NCBI GenBank assembly: GCA_964270895.1
Contig: OZ185437.1
Length of the DNA stretch: 64,000 nt
Reading direction: 5' to 3' (one strand)
Origin: Podarcis filfolensis
Taxonomy: Eukaryota
In this document: piece by piece, positions 37,201 to 50,354 of the stretch
How positions within the stretch are numbered: position 1 is the stretch's first letter
Layout of the letters: every line of letters starts with the position of its first letter
Notes under the pieces: model-generated
Database searches by the model: none
What the model saw: only the letters and a program-made list of their open reading frames with translations
Told to the model about the DNA's origin: nothing
Translations under genes and position numbers: made by a program

Positions 37201-37849
37201 GAAGCCTCAACAACGCTCCCCGCCCCCGACAACCTGTGTTTGGCTGGAATCACAGACGGGCCATTAGAAGCAGACACAACCATTGGGGAAGGAAATTAGC
37301 CCCCCCCCCTTCAGCCGCACGGAAATGGGCGCCCAATCCCCTGCCCCCACCCACTGGGAGGAGAGGCAAGTAGTTCTTGCCAGGAAATTTAGGCCACAAA
37401 TTGGCTCTGCAATTTAATAGTCCATTTTAGATGCTTAAATTATATAGATATATATTGAGCATCACACAGTTGTGAAAGTATTTCCTCATGTAGATAGCCC
37501 TTATGAATTAGACCATTCTTTTAATTCAACACTTTTCCTATAGACCAGAATATCTGGAAAACTATTCATAACTGTGCTTGCCCTGTATATTTCTAAATAG
37601 ATTCCCATGGCCTTAATAATGTATTTGGTGTGTGTGTGTGTGTGTGTGTGTGTGTGCACGCGTGCATAATATAGTAAGAGTGAGAGAAAGAGACTGAGAA
37701 ATTTGGCCTTGACATTTTGCTTATATATTGCTCCAAAATAATTTTTAAAAAGCACATAGACAAAAATTTCATGGTTTTCTATAACAAGAAATCAATACAA
37801 CAAAACTAGTTTTAGCAAACTGTACATACATAAATATGTTTCTTTTTTA

Positions 37850-38503
37850 ATACTTAACATTCATGATTTTTGTTCATAAAGCCTTCCATGATTTATTTAT
37901 TACATCCATTACTTTTTTTAACTATAAAAAGTGCTGTTCTGATTTACAGCTTGTGCATCCAAAGCGAAGGTTAGAACATCATGCTCCACCCAAAACCCCA
38001 CAAAAAATGGGGAAATAATACATGGCCTTGCAATCTCCTTAAAATTTATGTTACAATAGTCTCTAGAATCTCTTTAGCAGAGTTTGGTTTTTAATGATTC
38101 TATGAGTGTGTGTATACTTGTAAAATACCAATAATGCAGATAATGAAAGTTTGAATAATAGATCTTTATGAGCTGCACATGGGAAATATCTTCTTTCAGA
38201 CTGAAGTCCTTGTCTATGCATAGTACAGGGCACTGGCCCAAATTATAAAAGTGACTGAGAAGTCCAGAATATTGGCAAAAAAGGAAAAATATTCTATCAC
38301 TTATTTCATAGCTTTTTCAGTGCCAGAGATGTGAGTTTTAAACAATGCTACTCACATAGTGCATGACTCATTTTGGTACTGATACATATTTAACTTAGTG
38401 CCAAGTTGACTTATTTTTGTGTCCAAGGAGGTCACAGGAGAACTACTCTGCAGTGGATGTACCTGCATTTGATACAAGCTTCTCTGTCGTCTTTCCAGCT
38501 GCT
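37850..38503 (-). other. SYNE1: SYNE1 3'UTR with AATAAA (TTTATT at 37892-37901 on +)
   Basis: Minus strand GCATGATGTT..GCACAAGCTGTAAATC..GATGTAATAAATAAATCATGGAAGGCTTTATG closely resembles my recollection of the human SYNE1 3' end. Confidence 0.8.
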
Positions 38504-38753
38504 TCATAAAGGTGGCGGGCCATTAGTATACCTTAGCATGGGGTGAAAGGAGCGTGCAAAGTTATTGGAGAGGGCGCAGCTATAGTCTTCCTCCGTCATT
38601 GGCACCAGGCAGGCAAGACCAATTAAGAACAGCAAGAGGAGTTGAAGTGGGAGAGCGGCTCGGAGGACCCTGAGGAAGAAGCATTGCTGCTGCCGCTGCC
38701 TCCGAACTGGCTGAACCTCAGAATGGGAGGAATCTAAGCCATCTCTTGTGCAC
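38504..38753 (-). CDS. SYNE1: Nesprin-1 last exon: transmembrane helix and KASH peptide
   Basis: Acceptor tctttag|, phase 2. RVLRAALPLQLLLLFLIGLACLVPMTEEDYSCALSNNFARSFHPMLRYTNGPPPL*; Cys at -23 and terminal PPPL as in KASH1. Confidence 0.97.
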
Positions 38754-40413
38754 CTAAAGAGACAATCCAATACAGAAATAAACCAATGCATTACTGTGAA
38801 ATGACACCCAGGCCAAGATGCTGCCTGAAATATCCACAAGACTTTCATGATTTAGAGATTCCAAATGCATTTTACATTAAAGTGGACGTTTTCTAGTTAC
38901 TCGAAAAGACTACTTGGGTATTAGAAATCTCATACATAACTATTTAAAGTAGTATGCAACCCTCTCTCCCAAATGTAACACCACTACATCAGTCACCCAT
39001 CAGGTATATCAGTCACGATCCATGCTACTGATCAACAATATTTCTTAAGGAGTGTAGCCCAAGTATTCCCCCCCCCATGTCAGGATCACAGTAAGTATGC
39101 CAATATCCAATTAGAAGGATTTTAGATTGCACAGTACAGTGTAGCTCATTTTGCACTGAATCAGCAATTAAAAGCAAATGTGGAACTTCAGGTGTACCAT
39201 TCCTCTTTGAGTATAATTTACTACCCTGGAAAAAAGAATGCAGTACAAATTAACAGAAAGACTGTTGCTTGTCCTAACAAGGATTCTTTTTATTTCAGCC
39301 AGGAAATAATATCCACCCTTCTGCCTTGTGATTAATCAAAGCAACTGCATCTCCAGTTGCTAACATTGCAAAGATGATGAGGGTAGGGGTGGGGAGAAAG
39401 TCTTTTGTTGCCACTGGACAAATTATGGGCACATATCTTCCCACCCTTCAAAATCCTCAAGTAAACCAGGAAGTTCTGTTGGCTACTTTTAGTTGACTAA
39501 TGGAGACCTGAATGTTCAAAGCTAATAAATGATTAACTGTTTGAGATGAGAGAGCTGACAAGAGGTCCAAGATCAAAAACAAAAGGTGGCAGATTATTTA
39601 CAGGCACATCACTGAAACTAGGATGGAAAGCTGCTTAGTCTGTTATTAAGTATGCAGCCTTCTATTATGAATGCATCAAAACGATATGGCACATTTAACA
39701 GCATCAGAGCATTCTATATTAAAGTTCAATTAGACCCAGCATTCGAGCATCTGACAATGCCAGCTTGAGGAGTTAATGGGCTTAGGTGTAGACAAAGGGA
39801 ACAGGTAGTGCTGCCCAACTGCCATCTTAGGCTGCACAGCCTTTAACTGTGACTATTTTCTCACATGGCTTTTACTTACTCCGCAGCCTTATGTGCACTG
39901 TATGTGTCCAGGATTGTGCCTGCTGGCCCAGTGTCTACATACTGGAGGTGGCATTTGGGACAGGCATGCACATATAACCTATCATAGCTCTGATTGTGCA
40001 ATAATAGAACAGACCCCATGTACAGACATCACCTCCAACAGTATAAAGGTGCAGTGAGGAATTGAGATCAGGAAGCACAATCCTGATTCTCCCACTAGCC
40101 AAAAAACTGCACTGTATGTGGAATTACCATCTGCATTCTATCCTTCCCCCCACCATCGAACAATAACACCATCTTCCAAAATGCTTAAGTTCTTGAACCA
40201 CTTGGCATTCTGCTGCCCGTAAGCCTTGTCTATAAAAGAAGGCAATACGAAATATTTCTTGGGGGGGAAAGTTAAGTCCATTCCGAAACAATTTTTCCTC
40301 CTACCTCTCTGTGGTTGTGATAAGGCTGGTATATCCTGTTGATGTGGCCCCTGCATTTGTTCAGGATGCAGAGTGGAGAGAACTGGGTTCAGAGTCTGCT
40401 GTAGTGATGAGAC

Positions 40414-40478
40414 TCATAGAATTGTATAGTTGGAAGGGACCCAGAGTGTCATCTAGTCCAACCCCTGCAATGCAGGAA
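40414..40478 (-). mobile_element. CR1 3' terminus
   Basis: catagaattgtatagttggaagggacc..gtcatctagtccaacccctgcaatgcaggaa. Confidence 0.8.
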
Positions 40479-42736
40479 TTTTGGGTCTGACCTGATCTCT
40501 TAGCCTAATGTATCTCTAAGGGTTAAAATTGCATAAATTTGAGAGGACAAAACAGTAGAACCCATGTTTGCCAACCCAAGACACTTGGGGAAAGGGCAAA
40601 ATAAAAAGGTTATTAAAAATGCAAGCCATTTTTACATAGGCTGAAAATCCTGTTGACACTTTTTAGATAAAACTTAATTTAGGTTGGGACTGCATTTTGG
40701 AGCTTATAAAGCTTGTTTCTCCCTTGAGGCAGGGTTTATAAATGTTCAAAGTTCCTTTCTGAGTCCTAATTCAACAAACTTCATAAGCCTACCCAAAAAT
40801 AAGCATGGCATATGATTAAAACATTGGTCTTTCTTCAGCTACTGGCCTTTTTTCATCTGAATTTAAATTTGTATCACCTTTTCCAGTATTTTTTTTTTTA
40901 ATAGACCTCTCCAATTCATCTAGCTCAGCTACTTATTATTTTGTTTCTCTTTTTACATTTGTTTCTAAATTGCTTGATGGTGTGCTCTTAGATTTTTAGA
41001 AATTATCTGACTCTATTTCCCCCCTTTTTGTTATTTTAACTTTTGTTTCCTGATCTATCATGCAATAGAAATTACTTTGCTTTCCTTAATCTTCTTTCTT
41101 TTTGTTCTTACTCTTAATTTGTATTCAGCTTTTGATATTGCTTTATTTAAAGCACTGTCTATTTCTCTCTTTTGGATATCATATTGGTTTTCAGGGTTCT
41201 GCTTTTCTTCCATGTCTTTATAGACACACTTTCATGTTCCTGTTCTAGGTATAGTGGTTGAAATACAATCCCAGAGTTAACTTCCATGCTGTTCTGAAGG
41301 GCCCCTACCTGTCTGGAACACATTTTGTGGGTGCAGGGTCTGGCAAGATACTTAAAAGCATCTGAAAGCCTTTGATCTTATTTATGGGATTCATAGGCAG
41401 ATTACACTTGGTTAACTCTCTCCTTTTTTTAATGACTGTCACCAACTTGTTTAAGCTAGCCTTTTTGGGAAAGGCACTATGGCTTTAATTTCTTCTTTGC
41501 TTTGTTCAATCATTTTATAGTTTTTTGTTGTTGTGTATATTAGATTATAAAACCTGGGCAGGGCATGTTTGCCTTTTTGTTCTGTACACAGCCTAGATAT
41601 TTAGACACTATTAATTATTTATGTTGTTTCTTTATTTCATGTGGTCAGAGATTTACAAAGCCCTTGACAAACTGTCTGGCGTTTATGTTTTTCATAGACT
41701 TATTAATAGAGCTGTAAAGCTCCAAGACACTTGAGAACACTTCTGGGTTGTTGCACTTTTCCATGGAACTGTCACACATTTGGGTAGATGTCAGTATGTG
41801 ACCTCGGGGCCATATGGCCATAACCCATTGTGAAGTGGGCACTTTGTGATAAATACCAATGGCTAATTGGTGCTCTTGCACAACAAATGTTGCTTTCGGC
41901 AACAACAAACACACACGCCTGGACTTCTTGCAGCAAGAAAAGTGTTGGGAAATTACAATGGAAAGTGCACCAGTGGTGATGCCATATACCTTCCACATAA
42001 ATTTTGAGAAAACAAATCAGGATGGTTGCTCATTATACACTTCATCTGGAAGTGGACCCCGTCATATAGCTCAAATCCCAACACCACAAACAAATCAGCT
42101 CATGCCAGATTCTAATGCACCACAAAAACACTGTTGCTAAAGCTGCCTTTAAGATAATAGTTACTTTACTACACACATTAGTTCAAAAGGGGGCGGGGGC
42201 AGGGAGGCTCTCTACCCCATACTACCCCATGCATATTTCTATAAGAGAAGCATACACATCCATTACAACAATGTACAATTTACATCCATATACAAAGGAC
42301 AAGGAATTATATGTCTGAAATACTGTAATTACTAAGAGTGCTCCAGAATTATCAGGAAGAGAGCACCATTATGCACATCCTAGGTTTTTTTAATGCTGTA
42401 AGAGAGGCATCAAAATGATGGTCATAAATTTCCAGTTTCTAGGGAACCAATTTTGAAAGGCCAATTTTTAGCATATTTTTATATGTAACCAGAAGAATTT
42501 ATACACTAATGGGTTCATTAATAATTATTGAGCTGTGGTTACTGAAATCATAGGGCTGGCAGAGGTGAGTCTGTTGAGATCAAAACAAGCCTTTGGGGAT
42601 AAGTCAGACTCTGTATGAGGCAGCTTCATATGCAGATGCTGGGCTGGGCAGCATCTACCCTGGAACACCTTTGTTAATTGCATATATTTGTAATCTACCA
42701 AAGCTGTGTATTAAATTTCTTTTTTCTTTTTTTTTC

Positions 42737-42900
42737 TTTTGCAAAATGTTGCAATAGTAGATATTGCAATATTATTGCATATTTTGCAAAATGTTGCAAT
42801 AGTAGATATTGCAATATTATTGCATATTTTGCAAAATGTTGCAATAGTAGATATGCAATATTATTGCATTATTGCATATCAGTAGATATGCAATATTATT
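42737..42900. repeat. 45-bp minisatellite (about 3 copies plus a partial copy)
   Basis: gcaaaatgttgcaatagtagatattgcaatattattgcatatttt starts at 42741, 42786 and 42831. Confidence 0.92.
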
Positions 42901-43782
42901 GTGCAGTTCAGTAGGAGTAACACTTGATCTGACACTTTGTAAAGGTTTTTTAAATCAATCATCACTTGTAATAGCTGTGTTGATTCTGCCTATCACTAAG
43001 GTCTCGTTCGTAGTTTCTTCATCTGAAGTAGATTGAGACACATGTTGCACATGGCTGAATGAGGGCATTTGGAGTCATGGACAAAGCTACAACTAACAAT
43101 TGTGCATGAAAATGATTTCTGATCACAAAACATTTGTTCTGCTCATATACCCACTGCCTTGCTTCCTGTGAAAGCCAAGACGAATCTTCAAGTCTGGATT
43201 ATTATTGGGAATGAAAAGTGAGGTAGAAGAATGTAGCACTTGATTAATGGGTTCTGAGACTACAGACTGAATCACTGGCGCCAAGACCTTTTAGGGATCC
43301 TATAGGGTAAACACTTCGGAGAAAAGGACACAATTACTCTAATCTCTAACATTTTTATCTCATAAAATATCTATATTGACTCAAGTCTATGGCTGCATTC
43401 CAGTGATACAGCTCTGCTTGAAAAGGTCTCTCAACTGTTGGCTATGGCAGGAAAAATCTCTGAATATGTGTGCAGCTCCATCTGCCATTGCTGGCAATAC
43501 CAAGTCTCATGAATAGTTTTGGATATTGATATACATCATTGGGGTATTTTTTTTGCTAATTACTGATGGCATGGGGGAGAATATCCATTCCTTTATGCAA
43601 CATTTCATTTGTTTATTTTGATTTTATCTTGACAAAACCCAATGTCCTGGAGTAGATAACTCTATCTATCTATCTATGGCATAAAGCAGCATCTAAGTGC
43701 TGTTTAACCTGAAGTTCTAGTAAGCTATATCAGACCCTGCTGAGCTATGCAAATGTGCTAGCAATTTTATTGCTGCACCACA

Positions 43783-44002
43783 TACAATGGTACCTTGGGT
43801 TACAGACGCTTCAGGTTACAGACTCCGCTAACCCAGAAACAGTACCTTGGGTTAAGAAGTTTGCTTCAGGATGAGAACAGAAACCGTGCGGCGGCAGCAG
43901 GAGGCAATATTAGCTAAAGTGGTACCTCAAGGTTAATAACAGTTTCAGGTTAAGAATGGACCTCCAGAACGAATTAAGTTCTTAACCCGAGGTACCACGG
44001 TA
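43783..44002. mobile_element. Tigger/pogo-like MITE (TA target)
   Basis: TA-caatggtaccttgggtta ... taacccgaggtaccacgg-TA. Confidence 0.88.
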
Positions 44003-46833
44003 TATGCATTGTTCCCTGCCAACATAGGTGTTTTGCACCACCCAAAACACACCAATGTGAGAAAGCCAGGGTCCATAGGAAGGCCTGAACCGTAGGTAAT
44101 GCTTAGTTTGACAGTACCTGTCCTTTGCTCTGATGCAGCTTCTTCCAGACGAGTTTGCATTTAAAACCACTGCCCTTTTAAATTTGCAACAGCAAAATTC
44201 TACGGGTTAAATACCTTCGTCTCCTTTTATGTGTCTAGTCTCCCAAGGATTGCTGATCCAGTGCAAGATCAAACACAAGGTACTCAGATCAGAGGCAGGC
44301 CAGATTATTAAAAGAACACAGTGACAGATTGTACTTCTTTATCAGTCAAAACCACATTACACATCAACTGCAACCTGTCTGGCTTCCATGCTTGATTAAC
44401 TTCCTTATTCAGTAGAAAACTCATTTGTATTCCGTGCTTGACTGAATGACAAATTGTCTATTGTGTTGTTCTGCTAAGAGATGTGTTAATAAACAGTGCT
44501 GGAGAAAGATGCATAGATGCCACAGTTAGAACATAGGCAGGCTCTAAAGCTGCAAAGTGGTGGTGAAGCGCATGCTGAGCCAGTGGCTGGCTCTTTCAAT
44601 GCCAGAACGTTCTAAAAAGGAGGCGTGTGCATGTGTGTGTGTGGAGGAAGAGGGAAGAGGAAAGTTGTTGTACACAGCAAGCCCTACCGGTACAATCTTC
44701 CCAAATGCAACTTCATTTCACAGACTGGTCAGAAAAAGCAATGCTTTGTTCAGTAAGCAGTCTTTCCCTCCTTTGTGTGAAAAACAACGTCCTGTCTCAT
44801 ACGGATTGGAAACAAATAGTTTTTCCTTAAGTTTCTTTCTTGACAAGAAACAACAACAGGCAACTAAGAGGTAGTTCCAGATATTTTATGCATTTAAGCA
44901 AAATTTTGGAAAACTCTGAAATGTGTTCTACTTCATGTGTCACATAACCTCTGAGATTTTAATTCATTTTTGTTTATGAGAGCAAGACTGAGATATGAGG
45001 GTGGGTAAAATTGGAACAGCCAAAAAGTCCAGAGACATATTTTTGTTTTGTTTTAATCGAAGCTACCAACACATTTTTGCTTTAATGATGAGGTCTTTTT
45101 TTTTTTTAACTTTTATATAGCTGAAATTTAGAGTTATTTTGTATTAGATTATTTTGTATTATTCTGGGCTCCATAAAGCAACCAAGCAGTTTTCCAGAAT
45201 ACCTTCCTCTAATATATTTTTGAGTTTCAACCAATTGATTTTGACACTGCAAAGTGGATGGGCACTTTTTGTGGAGCACTGAATACATTTCCTCTTTCAG
45301 TCACTTGATGCTTGTCACAATTCAAAAGGCACAAGCTGTGCATGGGTGTAAAACTTTAAGGGACTATAAATGACACGTGGCAAGAAGTGGATAGTGGATT
45401 AGCATTAGCATTCCTTCTCCCCTCCTATCATTTCACAATGGCGTTTTGCTGAGAAAAATGTGGTTTGCGAAGGATCACCCAGTGTTGAGTGCCCTCGATT
45501 TATCTTGTGATTGATTTATTCTATGCCTGTTTGACTGGCTGATTTATTGTATAAAATGTATTTCTGTCGCACTTCCCATACTTTTAGATTCAAGGGGTCC
45601 AAATAAAATAAGGTACAATCCAGGAAATGCTAGGCATGCCATCCCCACTGAAATGAATTAGAACATGACATTTAGGTGCACATTTTAACTCCATTGACAT
45701 CAATGGGACCCAAGCCTTTCTAACTTTTAGTGGGTTTCACTGCAAGGGATGGCAGACAGTAGTACTGTTGTTGGTGTGAGCTACATTTTCAGGGTATGTT
45801 CATTTCTGTATCTCTCTCTCTCTCTCTCTCTCTCTCAATCTCTATCTGCATTGTCATGTTCCTGTTATTAAAAACAACAACAGATGTCAACATTGGACAG
45901 GGACGCAGAATATAAATGTGCATTTTCTGGAGCTCTATTTCAGGCCAGACAAAGAAGGAAGGGGCAAGAAGGTAGAGTGAATTGTTGATTGGTAAAAAGG
46001 TCACACACAGACACACACACATGTATATATATCTATAGATACACAAATATATCACACTGACAATGACAGAATGCAGAAGCACTGTTAGCTGCAGAGAAGA
46101 CAGGTTGCTGGACACAAGGTGAAAGCTGGAAGCTACAGCTGTTAACTCTACTCTCAAGTGCTGGCACAAAGAGGGGGTGTGCTGCTCTCATAATGCCCTG
46201 TGTCTGCAAGCACCTTACTAAGGTTAGTATATTGCATCTGCAAGGAAGTTGTCTCACAGTGGAGAAAAAAAGATGTGCTGCTGCCAAATCTTCATTTTCA
46301 GCGTTATCTCAGGTTTTGGATTGTGCCTGGAGTCATTAAATATGAAAACCCGCAAACTGAACAAAACTTTACAAACTTGAAAATAAAGGAGGCAAATCTT
46401 AAGAGGATTTTTTTCATTTTCAGATTTGCGGGTTTTGTGAATTCTGATATACTGTATTGGTCTAATACCTGCCATAACTTAACATCTAGAAACAAAGAGG
46501 ATGATAAAAGTCTTTGCCATGGACCTAAGCATAGATCTGCCAGTAGTTTCTTAGTGGCAAAATGATGGATGCAATGCATACATCCATTTAATCAAAGGCA
46601 TCTAAATAATTTAAATGTAGGTTGAAGTTCATTGGAAGCAAAAGCAGAATACTATTGAGTGATTGTAGTGCAATATTTTGTCTTAGTGTAATTTGATACT
46701 TGTAGGAGAAAGCCTACACTTAAACTGCTTGATGTCTTTTTTCATCAGATTAAATGTGCACAGTTACATATCATGGACAGTTTCCATCATCCTCTTGAAG
46801 TTCTAGATCAGAGTGCAGAAACCAGGAGAATAA

Positions 46834-46964
46834 NNNNNNNNNNNNNNNNNNNNNNNNNNNNNNNNNNNNNNNNNNNNNNNNNNNNNNNNNNNNNNNNNNN
46901 NNNNNNNNNNNNNNNNNNNNNNNNNNNNNNNNNNNNNNNNNNNNNNNNNNNNNNNNNNNNNNNN
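46834..46964. other. Assembly gap (131 N)
   Basis: Run of N. Confidence 1.
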
Positions 46965-47706
46965 ATGAAAAACAAATTAAAAAGTGCAGCAAAGGAAACA
47001 CAAAATCAAATGAAGTTACTAATTTCCATGAATCAAGGAAACTGGCTTTTCTTTTGTGCTCCTAGTTGAATATGAAACTGAACGTACAACATGAACTTAA
47101 AATGACACTGTAGTCAATAAAACAATACAAAGAAAGTGCAGTGTATTAAAAAAAGAAACTTACGGTTAAATGCCTCAAGCAATTTGCTGTATTAATTCAT
47201 ATCTATTCAAAAGTTACACTTTTATTTGCTGATGCTTCAAAAATATATTCTGTTTTTAATAATAGTAATTATTATTTTAAGAAAATGTTTCCTTGTTTTG
47301 CCTCAGTTATCTTTAGAGTCAGTAACTCTGCTTTCAGTATCACACTAACATCATTTCGCTTTTCATTGTTAATACATTTTGGGACAGTTGAAAGTTAACC
47401 CAGTCATGTAGATGTTGCTACTAGCACAACACGCAGCGCAAATCAGCTACATCAGATGGACTCTCTATACTACCAGCAATAATTTCAAAGAGTTACTGGC
47501 AGTAGTGTGAAGGTGAGATATGTGATGTGGGCAAACTGCATGGTATGCCCTGTGGTACTTGCAATGTCTTTGGCTGCAGAAACTCACAGGGAAATCATTT
47601 CAGCTGACCTCCACGTGATTGTAATAAAGTGTAGACCCTTCTTGCAGTCCTGGTCTCTTCTTATGTGTTGTTAGTTAATCATTATAGCAGCAATAGAAAG
47701 GTATAT

Positions 47707-47875
47707 GGGTTGGATCCAGACCTGTCTCTGTGTGAATGGAAGTGGAGGCACCTCAGCTCTCTGTGACAACTTTACAGGGGACAGTGGAGACTGTGAAGGG
47801 AGGAAGAACTGGAGAAAATCAGTGCACTGTCCAGTTCCTCCAGAATTCCACTGAATGCAGCTCTGGATCCAACCC
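47707..47875. mobile_element. MITE with GGG-starting TIRs (PIF/Harbinger-like)
   Basis: Perfect 14-bp TIR GGGTTGGATCCAGA; 3-bp TAT on both flanks. Confidence 0.65.
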
Positions 47876-49299
47876 TATTATATTTTTTATTAGTTCAAAT
47901 TTGTTTTGGTGAATATTATTTGTTTTCGGTGAATATTATATATTTGGAATATTAATCCAGGCTTTTTTTTAACAAAAAAATCTCAAATTTTCATTTCTAT
48001 TTGAAAAAGTTAAAGCTAATTTTAAAGATATACCTTAGAGAAACCATCTGTATCATACTGTACTCCAGAGAAGGTGATGATAAAAAGAAAAAAATGTCTA
48101 CTTGCTACGATAAGCTGCTATTTCTACTCATATCCATAAGCTAACCATGATATATATAACTTATATTTTACAAATGTTGAAAGATAAAAATGAAAGTAAT
48201 GACCCAGGAAACAAAACTGCCATGATTTTTGTGTATCTTCCCCTTGAAAAGCCAGTGTTCCTTTACATTCTCAAACTAGGATCTAAACGAAACTAGTGAA
48301 TGTATTGAAATCAATTTTAAGAGGCCGTAAGGTTCATAAAGACAGAACTCAGATTTTTTTTATAAGAGAGCAAATGAAAATTGATAGTTTTCTAAAAGCT
48401 AAGGAAAGCTGAATAATACTTAAATTAAAACGAACAAAAAGAATGAAAACCAAGTTCCCTACAGGACTCAAAGTGAAGAGTAGTACATTATGTGGCTCAC
48501 AGACTGGCTTTGTACTATATTCCAGTGGCACAAAAGGAAAATGCAAGTAGGTGGAAGGGCGTGTGTGGTGGGTGGTATCAGGAATAAAAGAAAACAAATT
48601 ATTATTCACACAAAACTTTGGCATATGCATGCCTGGAATAGTATTGCTTTTACTCCTTCAGCAAGCCAGGGAGTGTGTTGCATTGGAAAAAACAACTTGC
48701 TTTCTCTGTTTGCTAAGAAATCAGCAGCATGCCGAAGAAACAAGTTTTCATTGCATTGCCAACACCACCACAAAACAAAGAGCAACAGTTGGAATAATTT
48801 TGGTCGGGCTTTTGGGTGACACCCAGTGGTATCTGCCCACTTGCATAAAATCCACTTGGACAATGTAAATTCTGGTTTCTCCAGCCCCCTGTGTGTTCCC
48901 CCCCAATCTGCTCTAAAGTGTTCCTGACCCTCTTACTCGAGCAGATTTTGGGGGTCTTCAGGGAGATTCAGGGAGGAAGAGAGCAAGGAGAAATCCAGGT
49001 TTCATGAGCTGATTATCAATTGAACTATGATGGATCTCACCCTTTGACCTTCATTGCAAAGGACAAGGAAGACAAAGCTGCCCATTTTCCACACTCAAGA
49101 AGAGCAATTCCACTCTGAACATGTGTATGGTGAATTTTATGAATATAAAATTGTTTTCTTGAATCCCTGGGACTTCCCTACAACATTATCTTATCACTAA
49201 TACTGATAGCTTAGCAGCGTCTGTGTTGTGTTTTGTAAGTGGTCCTACAATGTTACGGTATTCATCAGGTGACCTTAGAAATTCGATTTTTGATCAGGA

Positions 49300-49845
49300 T
49301 GCCAACCAAGACAAAGCATCCATCATTGCAGCTCGCTACTCTACTTAGTACCCCCCAAATTAAGGCAAATCACTCAAGGCCCCATTAGCTTGAGACTCTG
49401 ACCTTGCCACAACTACGCAGGGCCTTTGTAGAACTAAGATTTCAACAGATGCCCTCAGCATTTTTAGAGGGGAGATACAGTCATACCTCATGTTGCGTAA
49501 CCTTCGGGTTATGGAATCTTTGGGTTATGGCTGCGGCAAACCCCTAAGTGGGCTTGCTGCTCGCACATGCACAGAAGCATTCTGCGGCGGCGTGTGTGCA
49601 CGCAGAAGCAGTCCTCCGGTTATGGAATTTTTGGGATATGGCCAGGCCTCTGGAACAGATCCCGTTCAGAACTGGAGGTACCACTGTACTGGGGAATTTC
49701 CCATACAGATTGCAAATGTATACATGGATGCAATCAGGTAGAGGACATCACACACTACCTGCTGACTTGCCCCCTGTATACAATGCCCAGAGGAAAATTT
49801 ATATCGCCAATTCTTAATTGGCTTCCAAGTTAATCCACACAGGAA
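49300..49845 (+). mobile_element. Remnant of a non-LTR retrotransposon ORF2 C-terminus (Cys/His knuckle; clade uncertain), split by a MITE
   Basis: Removing 49476-49688 except one TA restores RAFVELRFQQMPSAFLEGRYWGISHTDCKCIHGCNQVEDITHYLLTCPLYTMPRGKFISPIL. Confidence 0.7.
49476..49688. mobile_element. Tigger-like MITE (TA TSD)
   Basis: TA-cagtcatacctc ... gaggtaccactg-TA; same family as 63774-63966. Confidence 0.85.
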
Positions 49846-50354
49846 GTGACAGTTGAACTCCTAGCAGATAAACATCTATATATTACACACCAGGTAGCCA
49901 AATTTGCACTGGCAGCCAAGAAGCTTTGTTCTAGCTATGTGAATGTACTCCAATCTTAAGTCTTAATGTCATAAATTTCTTTTTATGTTGTAAACTACTA
50001 CAGGTTACGTGTATAATTTTAGATGAAAGTTTCCTTTTATTCTCTGTTGTCCATTGTAAACGCCTTTGACTATACACAATAAAAATATTTGATTGACTAA
50101 CATGTCGTGAGGCACCTACCACACTTTGAGTCCTGGTTTTACTATATATAGCATTTTATAATCCTGATTTCATGCAGGGAAGGAGATGCAGCAAAGTTTA
50201 GGGAGGCAGTGTTTTGTTGGAGGGAGAGCTCTTCTGGGTTGGTGCCTTTTTCTTGCCTATGAGGAGGAGGAAGATGGTGTGGACCTGTCACCTGGCTACA
50301 GCTACCTGGAGCTTCTACCCAAGAGCTAGCAGAAGGTATCTGGTGGGACATTAC

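Noticed and set aside
40800-41260. T-rich stretch resembling an antisense LINE fragment
   Set aside because: No recognisable motif on translation; may be compositional only.
41309-41361. 53-nt phase 0-to-2 exon candidate for SYNE1 (MLLSILPDPAPTKCVPD)
   Set aside because: Poor pyrimidine tract and no similarity to the expected peptide.
42737-42900. CRISPR-like repeat array
   Set aside because: No spacers, eukaryotic context, simple tandem repeat.
42678-42914. Cys-rich repetitive 78-aa ORF
   Set aside because: Translation of the 45-bp minisatellite.
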